64,000 bases of DNA from Candidatus Falkowbacteria bacterium (GTDB taxonomy: Bacteria; Patescibacteriota; Patescibacteriia; UBA11705): NCBI GenBank assembly GCA_003518055.1, contig DOZJ01000002.1, positions 299,785 to 363,784 of the forward strand, given 5' to 3'. Made by a program: the position numbers and the translations under genes. The notes under the pieces are model-generated. The model saw nothing but the letters and a program-made list of their open reading frames with translations. It did not search any database and was not told the DNA's origin. Numbering within the stretch: the first letter of the stretch is position 1; each line of letters begins with the position of its first letter. Shown one piece after another: positions 1 to 7,979 of this stretch.

Positions 1-153
1 GGATTTGATATAAATAAAGAGGCGGACAATGCGGCTGTAATCTTAACAAATGAAAAGTGTTTTTATCTAGCGATAATGGGCAAGGGTAATAATTATTGCT
101 TCAATAAAGAGAAAAACCAGGCACTGTATGAAAACATTGAAGGTGATTGGTAA
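1..153 (+). pseudogene. cas12a: Upstream in-frame part of cas12a (WED-II region), cut by the window edge and ending in a premature TAA
   Basis: Frame 1 reads GFDINKEADNAAVIL...FYLAIM...EGDW*, matching the Cas12a GWDxNKE...YL(A/G)IM motif. It is in the same frame as ORF 157..2313, with TAA at 151-153. Confidence 0.85.
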
Positions 154-156
154 AAA

Positions 157-2313
157 ATGGAGTATAAATATTTGCCCAACACATCAAGGATGATACCGAA
201 GGTCACGACACAGAGAAAAGATGTTATTTCGCATTTTAAACATAGCGATGATGACTATTTATTGTCTAATCAAAAGTCATTTAACAAACCATTGAAAATA
301 AGTAAGGAGATTTTTGAGCTGAATAATAGGATATATTCACGATCAGATTTATCAGAATCGGTTATCAGAGATAAGGGTAATGGAAATGACGAAAAGAAAT
401 ATGTGAAATTGTTCCAAAAAGATTATTACGCAAAGTGTGGTGGTGGACATGATGTATATCAGCAGGCATTATGGAAATGGATCGATTTTTGTAAGGAGTT
501 TTTGTCATGTTATATGAGCTGTGAGTATTTTGATTTTTCTTCTCTCATACAAACAGCTGATTATGACTCAGTTGAGATTTTTTACGCTGATGTTGACAAA
601 GCCTGTTATGTGAAAAAGTTTGTCCAAATTAACGCACAGCAGTTAAACAGGTTGGTGTCTGAAGGGAAGGCGTATTTATTTAAGATATATAATAAAGACT
701 TTTCAGAAAGGAAAATCAAGATTACTGACGGAAAGGATAATCTGGAAACGATCATGTTAAAAAGCCTATTTTCAAAGGATAATATTGAAAGCAAGGTGAT
801 ACAACTTAATGGGGGTGCTGAATTATTTTTCCGTAAAGCCAGTGTTGATCGGGTGAATGATGAAAAAAGAAGTAAGAATATAGATATTGTAACCCATAAA
901 AGATATACGGAGGATAAATATTTCTTTCATTTTCCAATCACGATAAATTTTGGTGAGAAAGTAAGTGGTCAGCAATTTAGGGATAATGTTTTTAAAAAAA
1001 TCAAACAGGATGACCTTAATATCATCGGTATTGATCGTGGCGAAAAGCACCTGCTTTATTATTCGGTTGTGAGTCCACGAGGTGAATTATTAGAGCGAGG
1101 GAGTCTCAATCAGATTGAATCTGGCGGAGAAGTTCAAGAAAAAGAAATTTCCGAACAATTTGATGATCATGGTGCACTTAAAAGTGTTGAGTTGGTCGAA
1201 ACAGGGAATGAAGTTAAATATGTAGATTATCATGTATTGCTCGATTATTATGAGAAGAAACGCAATTTGGCTCGTCGCGATTGGCAGACAATTGGCAAGA
1301 TAAAGGATTTAAAATCCGGCTATTTATCACAAGTAATACATAAAATCTGTCAGTTAATATTGAAGTATGATGCCATTGTTGTCATGGAGGATCTGAATGT
1401 TGAGTTTAAAGCCAAGCGAGCAGCCAAAGTTGAGAAGTCAGTTTATAAAAATTTTGAGTTGGCATTGGCAAGAAAGTTAAATCACCTGATTTTGAAAGAC
1501 AAATCTATCAATGATATCGGAGGAACATTGAAGGCATATCAGCTGACACCTGTAATTCCTGCAAACGATGTTGGTAAATTTGATAAAGCTAGTCAATGGG
1601 GGATTATGTTTTATGTGCGCGCCAACTATACCTCAATCACCGACCCATTGACCGGTTGGCGGCAACATAAATATATTTCAAATTCAGATAACATCGGAAA
1701 AATTCAGGAATTTTTTAATCCGGATTCTGGAGTGCAAATAAACTATGATACTGAGAAACAATGTTATAGATTCAGTTATGGTCAGCAGTTTGATGACAAT
1801 ACAATAAAACAGTGGGATCTGTTCGCTTATGAAGGTTTAGAGCGGTTTTATTGGGATAATAAAAACAGATCAGTGAAGAAGTATAGTTTGTATACAGAAT
1901 TTGAACATATTTTTAGTGATTTGGATAAGTCAAAAAACATTAATCATCAGATTGAAGGTATGACCGGATTTGGGTGGAAAAGTTTAGTGTTTTTCTGGAA
2001 TTTATTGAATCAGATAAGAAATACCGATAGATTAAAGCAGGGGGATGAAAATGATTTTCTACAATCACCTGCTTGGTCGGATCGTCAAGAGTGTTTTTAT
2101 GATAGCCGCAAAGCGTTGGCTGGATTGCCTACAAATGGTGACGCCAATGGAGCTTTTAATATTTCGCGAAAAGGCTTGATTTTATTGGATAGAATAAAGA
2201 GATGCCCGGATCTTTCAAGGTTTGGTAATAATAACAATGGTCGTAATCCTGAAAATGGATATTTTATTTCTGATGTAGAGTGGGATAAATTTGTCCAATC
2301 TGCGAATGAATAA
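157..2313 (+). CDS. cas12a: Type V-A CRISPR effector Cas12a (Cpf1), C-terminal part: PI, WED-III, RuvC, bridge helix, Nuc
   Basis: YLFKIYNKDF, LNGGAELFFR, KRYTEDKYFFHFPIT, RuvC-I IIGIDRGEKHL, RuvC-II VVMEDLN, YTSITDPLTG, RuvC-III NGDANGAFNI. Adjacent to cas4/cas1/cas2 and a Cas12a-type repeat. Confidence 0.96.
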   Translation: MEYKYLPNTSRMIPKVTTQRKDVISHFKHSDDDYLLSNQKSFNKPLKISKEIFELNNRIYSRSDLSESVIRDKGNGNDEKKYVKLFQKDYYAKCGGGHDVYQQALWKWIDFCKEFLSCYMSCEYFDFSSLIQTADYDSVEIFYADVDKACYVKKFVQINAQQLNRLVSEGKAYLFKIYNKDFSERKIKITDGKDNLETIMLKSLFSKDNIESKVIQLNGGAELFFRKASVDRVNDEKRSKNIDIVTHKRYTEDKYFFHFPITINFGEKVSGQQFRDNVFKKIKQDDLNIIGIDRGEKHLLYYSVVSPRGELLERGSLNQIESGGEVQEKEISEQFDDHGALKSVELVETGNEVKYVDYHVLLDYYEKKRNLARRDWQTIGKIKDLKSGYLSQVIHKICQLILKYDAIVVMEDLNVEFKAKRAAKVEKSVYKNFELALARKLNHLILKDKSINDIGGTLKAYQLTPVIPANDVGKFDKASQWGIMFYVRANYTSITDPLTGWRQHKYISNSDNIGKIQEFFNPDSGVQINYDTEKQCYRFSYGQQFDDNTIKQWDLFAYEGLERFYWDNKNRSVKKYSLYTEFEHIFSDLDKSKNINHQIEGMTGFGWKSLVFFWNLLNQIRNTDRLKQGDENDFLQSPAWSDRQECFYDSRKALAGLPTNGDANGAFNISRKGLILLDRIKRCPDLSRFGNNNNGRNPENGYFISDVEWDKFVQSANE

Positions 2314-2318
2314 TCGTC

Positions 2319-2876
2319 ATGGAATCCTACATCCCCATCTCAAAAATAAACGATTTTATTTTTTGTCCATATTCGTTAATTTATCACTCGATTTACGAAG
2401 GCTTTACCGAGAAGACATATCATGATGTGCCTCAGACAGCCGGCAAGATCAGCCATGCCAAAATTGATAAAGGCGAATACTCGAGCGCCAAAAAATTCCT
2501 GCAAGGGATTGATGTTTATAGTGAAAAATATGGACTTTGTGGCAAAATTGATATTTTTGATCAGGAAAATGGCATATTGATCGAGCGCAAGAACAAAATT
2601 GAGCGGATATATGATGGATACAAATATCAATTATACGCTCAGTATTTTTCCCTGAACGAAATGGGGTATAACGTGAAAAAGATCGTCTTGCACGCCTTGA
2701 CGACGAATAAACGTTTCAACCTTCCATTGCCCCGAGGCGAAGAATTGAAAAAGTTTGAATCCACCATCGCCGCTATTAATGATTTTAATCCGTTGCGTGA
2801 TAAAGTTGATATTAATCCACAAAAATGCGCTCATTGCATTTATTATGTCCTTTGCGCTTATGCTGTCAGCCAATGA
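2319..2876 (+). CDS. cas4: Type V CRISPR-associated Cas4
   Basis: ISKINDFIFCP, GKID...ERK nuclease motif, QLYAQ, C-terminal CxxCxYxxxC Fe-S cysteines. Confidence 0.95.
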   Translation: MESYIPISKINDFIFCPYSLIYHSIYEGFTEKTYHDVPQTAGKISHAKIDKGEYSSAKKFLQGIDVYSEKYGLCGKIDIFDQENGILIERKNKIERIYDGYKYQLYAQYFSLNEMGYNVKKIVLHALTTNKRFNLPLPRGEELKKFESTIAAINDFNPLRDKVDINPQKCAHCIYYVLCAYAVSQ

Positions 2877-3798
2877 TTTCGCGGAAAAACAAATATTGAT
2901 TGTGAAGAATTCTCAACAAACCGAATCCAAATTGCGGTTTCAGAATGATAATCTTGTGTTTGCGAACGAAGAAACTGAGAATCGCGTATCCTGTCATAAG
3001 GTCTTAGCGGTATTTGTTGTCGGAGACACATCTATCTCTACGGTCTTGTTGCGTAAGGCCCGCCAGCACGGTATATCTTTTTTCTTGCTCAATCGCAATT
3101 TAGAGTCATACGCGGAAATATTATCGTCAGCCGAAGGCAATTATCTCCTGCGGCAAAAACAATATACGTTTTTGTCTGAATTGTCTGCCGCTAAAAAATT
3201 GGTTGCAAATAAAGCTTTGAATCAGCTTATGCTTTTAAGAGGAGCTGGAAAGATAGCTGATTACGATCTGGGTATCTTCGCCAAAATCGAAAACGCTAAT
3301 ACTGATAAAGAACTTTTAGGGCTTGAGGGGAGCGTGACCAAGAAATTTTTCCAAAGTTATTTCAAGGAGATCGATTGGTATCGCCGTCTGCCGCGAGCCA
3401 AAGTTGATGTTAACAACCTCCTGCTGGATATTGGCTACACAATGATGCTCAACTATATTGATTCACTCTTGCACTTGTTCGGCTTTGATGTTTACAAAGG
3501 GTTTTATCATAAACTATTTTTTAAAAGAAAATCATTATCCTGTGATATCGTGGAACCGTTTCGATGTATTATTGATAAGCAATTATTGAAATCATTTAAT
3601 CTAAAACAAATTGACTTAAAAGATTTTACTCATCGGCAAGGAAAATATGCCGTTTCGTATGATAAATCCACAAAATACATGAGGATTTTCTTTGAAGTCA
3701 TAATGGATCATAAGGATGATATTTACCAGTATATTTATCACTTCTATCGTTATATGAACGGATCTGAGCCTGAATTTCCGGAATTTAAATTGAAATAA
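2860..3798 (+). CDS. cas1: Type V CRISPR-associated Cas1 (start revised to ATG 2860, MLSANDF)
   Basis: LLGLEG, NLLLDIGY, GFYH...SLSCDIVEPFR Cas1 motifs. Start overlaps the end of cas4. Confidence 0.95.
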   Translation: MLSANDFAEKQILIVKNSQQTESKLRFQNDNLVFANEETENRVSCHKVLAVFVVGDTSISTVLLRKARQHGISFFLLNRNLESYAEILSSAEGNYLLRQKQYTFLSELSAAKKLVANKALNQLMLLRGAGKIADYDLGIFAKIENANTDKELLGLEGSVTKKFFQSYFKEIDWYRRLPRAKVDVNNLLLDIGYTMMLNYIDSLLHLFGFDVYKGFYHKLFFKRKSLSCDIVEPFRCIIDKQLLKSFNLKQIDLKDFTHRQGKYAVSYDKSTKYMRIFFEVIMDHKDDIYQYIYHFYRYMNGSEPEFPEFKLK

Positions 3799-3799
3799 T

Positions 3800-4081
3800 A
3801 TGTTTATAATCAGCTATGATTTCAAAGACGACAAGGTTAGGGCACGTTTTTCCAAATACATCAAAAAGTATGGCCGCAAAATCCAATATTCCGTTTATGA
3901 GATCAAGAATAGTGATCGGGTCTTGAAAAATATCGCCAAAGAGATAGAATTGAAGTACGCAAAGCAATTCACAGGAGCTGACAGCATTCTTATCTTTCCT
4001 GTTTGTGAAACCTGCAAGAAAAAAGTAATGCGGTATGGTTACGCGGCTAACGAGGAAAAAGAGGTTATTGTTTTTGAATAG
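3800..4081 (+). CDS. cas2: CRISPR-associated Cas2
   Basis: MFIISYDF...YGRKIQYSVYE Cas2 signature. Confidence 0.95.
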   Translation: MFIISYDFKDDKVRARFSKYIKKYGRKIQYSVYEIKNSDRVLKNIAKEIELKYAKQFTGADSILIFPVCETCKKKVMRYGYAANEEKEVIVFE

Positions 4082-4258
4082 TGTCTTTTGACAATAAAAA
4101 ATACGAAAGAGTATTGAAAGTATAAATTTCTGTATTGATATTTATTAGACAAAAACCCCAGTCCTTATATTTCCAAAAAAGCTAATTTAAGCTAAAAAGT
4201 CGTGTTGGCCTTAGTTGCCTCATTTGCATCTTTTTGGCTTAAATTAGCAAACTGGACT
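4082..4258 (+). promoter_or_regulatory. CRISPR leader containing a gapped anti-repeat and a 19-bp inverted repeat
   Basis: AT-rich segment between cas2 and repeat 1. TTGACA at 4088. Inverted repeat 4181-4199/4230-4248. Blocks complementary to the repeat at 4102-4150. Confidence 0.8.
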
Positions 4259-5470
4259 GTCTAATATCAATATTCAATTTCTACTTTCGTAGATCAACAT
4301 TGTTTTGCGTAAACTGCAACTGTCTAATATCAATATTCAATTTCTACTTTCGTAGATATTTCTCTTCCTGAACCTTGCTCTGTGTCTAATATCAATATTC
4401 AATTTCTACTTTCGTAGATGATTGTTCCACTTCGCCGTCCGGCCAGTCTAATATCAATATTCAATTTCTACTTTCGTAGATATAACTATATAAGTTAAAT
4501 AAATCAGTCTAATATCAATATTCAATTTCTACTTTCGTAGATGCAACGGCGTTCAGACATATATAGAGGTCTAATATCAATATTCAATTTCTACTTTCGT
4601 AGATGCCGACGTAATGGGTGTTAGGTCTATGTCTAATATCAATATTCAATTTCTACTTTCGTAGATGTTGGGTATTCGGATAATACAGCGAGTCTAATAT
4701 CAATATTCAATTTCTACTTTCGTAGATGAAATCCTGAATATGATTCGGCTAAAGTCTAATATCAATATTCAATTTCTACTTTCGTAGATATTCAGCCGTT
4801 GCTTCTCTAACATAGTGTCTAATATCAATATTCAATTTCTACTTTCGTAGATCTTAAGCAGGCTTTTTCAATTGACGCGTCTAATATCAATATTCAATTT
4901 CTACTTTCGTAGATCTCCGGCCCGATAAAATAGCGTCAGGTATAATATCAATATTCAATTTCTACTTTCGTAGATACTTCGTGAAAATCAAATCACCGTG
5001 TGTCTAATATCAATATTCAATTTCTACTTTCGTAGATTCTTGCAAATGCCGAAACGCCAATAATGTCTAATATCAATATTCAATTTCTACTTTCGTAGAT
5101 ATGGGGGAACTTGCGGGCGTGGCTGGTCTAATATCAATATTCAATTTCTACTTTCGTAGATGCTACCAATGGCACAAACCTGTATAGTCTAATATCAATA
5201 TTCAATTTCTACTTTCGTAGATGCAGTCCCAGACCTCCTTTTGATTAAGTCTAATATCAATATTCAATTTCTACTTTCGTAGATCCATCCTCATAACTGG
5301 CGTCATCAGCAGTCTAATATCAATATTCAATTTCTACTTTCGTAGATCAAAATGCCTGTGAATCCACCATAAAGTCTAATATCAATATTCAATTTCTACT
5401 TTCGTAGATATAGAAAACGCCACATCACCTGCGCGTCTAATATCAATATTCAATTTCTACTTTCGTAGAT
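4259..5470 (+). CRISPR. Type V-A CRISPR array, 20 repeats of 36 nt (GTCTAATATCAATATTCAATTTCTACTTTCGTAGAT) and 19 spacers of 25-27 nt
   Basis: Counted directly. The 3' handle AATTTCTAC-TTTC-GTAGAT is the canonical Cas12a crRNA stem. One variant repeat (GTATAAT...) at 4940. Confidence 0.99.
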
Positions 5471-5535
5471 ATTTCACCTACACTCAAAAATTAACGGCCA
5501 TAAACTCGCCACCGACCACAAAAGGAGTGAACACC

Positions 5536-5814
5536 ATGAGCTTTTACGCGCTTTTCTACTGGGGCTGGATTACCTTGACCGCCGCCATAGCTCTGCTCTA
5601 TGCCGTTAGTCCGTGTATCATGTTGTACAGCGGTCTTGACACCGGTGCTTATCAGATGCGTGAATTTTGGTACATTTTCCTCCCCGGCTGCTTTGGTTCT
5701 GTTATCGCCGTCAGATTTTTTGGTCAATTCTTCGTTCAGATGATGCGGCAGCGCCGCTTCAAACGCAAGCTTGACCGTGATCTCCGGTGTCCCAAGCCGA
5801 TCCGGCCGAGTTGA
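5536..5814 (+). CDS. Small hypothetical membrane protein (about 2 TM)
   Basis: AAGGAG SD before ATG 5536, hydrophobic segments, followed by the hairpin TGAAGCAC-CGC-GTGCTTCA and a T-run. Confidence 0.6.
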   Translation: MSFYALFYWGWITLTAAIALLYAVSPCIMLYSGLDTGAYQMREFWYIFLPGCFGSVIAVRFFGQFFVQMMRQRRFKRKLDRDLRCPKPIRPS

Positions 5815-5894
5815 GTTTATGAATTATGAAATTTTGCTGAAGCACCGCGTGCTTCATTTTTTTATCAAAAAAGATGATTGGTTAATCATCTGTT

Positions 5895-6215
5895 TCAGTT
5901 GAACTTGTCTAACTTCAGCACTTCGATCAACACGATTTTGAGCGCGTGATAAAATCTGGTAGTGATGGCGTCTTCATAATGATATTTGAGTTCAGCGGTT
6001 AGCCGTCTTTCATCTACGGTCATTGTCCACGGCTGATCAGGTCCGATACCCCAACGCAGACCATCATTGAAAATTTTTCTAATCAGCGATCGGCCGAATA
6101 AAACAAGTGAAATTCTAGTGGCGATCTCCTGATAATATTCTGTAATTTTTTCCTGCCCACCAATATCTTTTCGTCGTTTGATTTCAGTCGGGTCAAGGCG
6201 GAACAAGACGCTCAT
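5895..6215 (-). CDS. Hypothetical protein (orphan cassette)
   Basis: GGGAGG SD, own TTGACA-17-TAAAAT promoter (6253-6281, minus strand), downstream hairpin AGATGATT/AATCATCT. Confidence 0.7.
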   Translation of the reverse strand: MSVLFRLDPTEIKRRKDIGGQEKITEYYQEIATRISLVLFGRSLIRKIFNDGLRWGIGPDQPWTMTVDERRLTAELKYHYEDAITTRFYHALKIVLIEVLKLDKFN

Positions 6216-6289
6216 GACAGCCTCCCTGATGGTTTTGAGGTTCGATTGGCTTATTTTAGATGATTATATTGCTCATGTCAAGGTACCGG

Positions 6290-6318
6290 TTGACTTTTTA
6301 TCGCGGATCAGCTATAAT
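6290..6318 (+). promoter_or_regulatory. Consensus sigma70 promoter
   Basis: TTGACT-17bp-TATAAT. Confidence 0.8.
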
Positions 6319-6324
6319 GTAACA

Positions 6325-6531
6325 TACACTAAACAAGGTGTTCCGCCACCGGCGGCTGTTTGTATGCAAAAACCCAAGAGGCACCGGCACCGAATATTTA
6401 TTCACTAGCCGGGCCCCCTCTCAAAGGATTGTCGAGGCGAACCTCGCTGTCCCCGGGATTATGCCTACGTCGACAGAACTCAAGGTGGCTTGGGGTGTCC
6501 CGTCTTTCTCAACGGGCCCCCTCTTTTTTTT
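6325..6531 (+). ncRNA. Putative ~200-nt structured ncRNA (family unassigned; 6S RNA is one candidate)
   Basis: Bounded by a consensus promoter and a GC hairpin plus T8. GC-rich, several complementary blocks, no convincing ORF. Confidence 0.5.
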
Positions 6532-6591
6532 AAAAAAATTTTTGTGGTATAATATAATCAAGAATAATTTATTAATCATTAAAATAAAAAT

Positions 6592-6747
6592 ATGGACGAA
6601 CCAAAAGCCATGTATGTGTGCAACGCTTGCGGTCATATGTCCGAGGATCCGGGGACGCACTGCGATCACGAAATGAAAAAACAATGTGATTGCGGCTCAG
6701 GTAAGATGGCTGAAGACTGCTGTCTGCCGCCGGCGCCGAGACCGTAA
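6592..6747 (+). CDS. 51-aa Cys-rich putative metal-binding protein with a SEC-C-like motif
   Basis: MDEPKAMYVCNACGH...HCDH...QCDCGSGKMAEDCC. Extended -10 TGGTATAAT upstream. Absent from the supplied ORF track. Confidence 0.7.
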   Translation: MDEPKAMYVCNACGHMSEDPGTHCDHEMKKQCDCGSGKMAEDCCLPPAPRP

Positions 6748-6896
6748 TTTATTTTTAGATCGTTGAGGTGAGTGATATTTCATATCATTCTATTTTACTA
6801 ATAGTCCGATTTACCTCCGACATTTACCAAAAAAACGCCATTGGCTCAGACTTCAGACCGCGAATAATTTATTCAATATACTAAATAAACCCTGCC

Positions 6897-7100
6897 ATGG
6901 ATTTATCCACTATCGGCTTCACACTGCAGACCTTGGGTGAAGTTATTATTGCCTTGACTGTTCTTAGTGTTCACCGGCGCTTGAGGCACGAGCGAAAGAT
7001 CGACAAAAAAGTTTCTGAGAGTGTGGAAACGGAACAAATTTTTGGCGTGATGTCTATAATTTTAATTATCGTCGGTTTTATTTTACAGGTTTACGCTTAA
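6897..7100 (+). CDS. Small two-TM membrane protein
   Basis: Two hydrophobic stretches; ends 3 nt before the transketolase gene. Confidence 0.7.
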   Translation: MDLSTIGFTLQTLGEVIIALTVLSVHRRLRHERKIDKKVSESVETEQIFGVMSIILIIVGFILQVYA

Positions 7101-7103
7101 CTT

Positions 7104-7979
7104 ATGGCTCTTTTGGTAAAAACAAAAAACCAAGATAAACATCATGATCTCGAGGCGTTGAGTGTTCTGGCCAATGAGATTCGCCGCGACATAATCAAAA
7201 TGTTATATGAAGCCGGATCCGGTCATTCCGGTGGGTCTTTGGGTATGACTGATATTTTTACGGCTTTGTATTTCGCCGTTTTGAACCATGATCCCAAAAA
7301 ACCGGCTTGGAGCGGCCGCGATCGGGTTTTTTTGTCAAATGGTCACATCTGCCCGGTCTGGTACGCGACTTTGGCTCACGCCGGCTATTTTCCGTTATCT
7401 GAACTCAAGACTCTGCGTAAACTCGGTTCACGGTTACAAGGTCATCCTCACAATTTGTCCTTGCCCGGAGTGGAGAATACCGGTGGTCCTCTTGGTCAGG
7501 GAATTTCTCAGGCAATCGGCGCCGCCCTTGCCTTGCGTTTGGATCAAAAGAAAAATTATGTTTTCTGTCTCATGAGCGACGGCGAGTTGAACGAAGGCCA
7601 GACATGGGAGGCCTTTATGTTCGCGGCCAAATATAAATTAAACAATCTCACTGCCGTTATTGATCGCAACAATATTCAAATTGACGGCTATACCGAAGAT
7701 ATCATGCCGCTCGAACCATTGGCTGATAAGTTCAAAGCATTCGGCTGGCATGTGCTTGAAATAAACGGTCACAACATGCCTGAAATAATCTCCGCTCTTG
7801 AAACATCAAAAGTTATTTATGAAAAACCCGTGGTGGTTATCGCCCACACGATTCCGGGCAAGGGGGTGAGTTTTATGGAAAATCGGTTTGAGTGGCACGG
7901 AAAACCGCCAGCCAAAAACGAACGCGATCAAGCGTTAAAAGAATTAATGAAAGAACGCAAAGATTATGTTGGTTCGTGA
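7104..7979 (+). CDS. Transketolase, N-terminal (TPP-binding) subunit
   Basis: SGHSGGSL, DRVFLSNGH, LQGHP, GPLGQG, SDGELNEG TPP motif. Confidence 0.95.
   Translation: MALLVKTKNQDKHHDLEALSVLANEIRRDIIKMLYEAGSGHSGGSLGMTDIFTALYFAVLNHDPKKPAWSGRDRVFLSNGHICPVWYATLAHAGYFPLSELKTLRKLGSRLQGHPHNLSLPGVENTGGPLGQGISQAIGAALALRLDQKKNYVFCLMSDGELNEGQTWEAFMFAAKYKLNNLTAVIDRNNIQIDGYTEDIMPLEPLADKFKAFGWHVLEINGHNMPEIISALETSKVIYEKPVVVIAHTIPGKGVSFMENRFEWHGKPPAKNERDQALKELMKERKDYVGS

Noticed and set aside
151-153. Stop-codon reassignment explaining the internal stop
   Set aside because: The codon is TAA, which ends many genes here. TGA also acts as a stop (cas4, murC), so genetic code 25 does not apply.
157-2313. Cas12a2 or another new type V subtype
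   Set aside because: It retains the Cas12a-type PI region and the Nuc-domain motif (YTSITDPLTG), has no zinc ribbon, and shows the canonical cas4-cas1-cas2 order and repeat.
2755-2859. N-terminal extension of Cas1 given in the ORF track
   Set aside because: It lies wholly inside cas4, and the Cas1-like sequence begins at ATG 2860.
4482-4506. Self-targeting by spacer 4 (12-nt match to 48068-48079, minus strand)
   Set aside because: A short AT-rich match is expected by chance. No full protospacer was noticed in the window, though the search was by eye only.
6478-6531. T-box, SRP or tmRNA identity for the 200-nt RNA
   Set aside because: AAGGTGG is not followed by NACC, there is no GNRA/AGCAG SRP loop, there are no tRNA-like ends, and the downstream gene is not amino-acid related.
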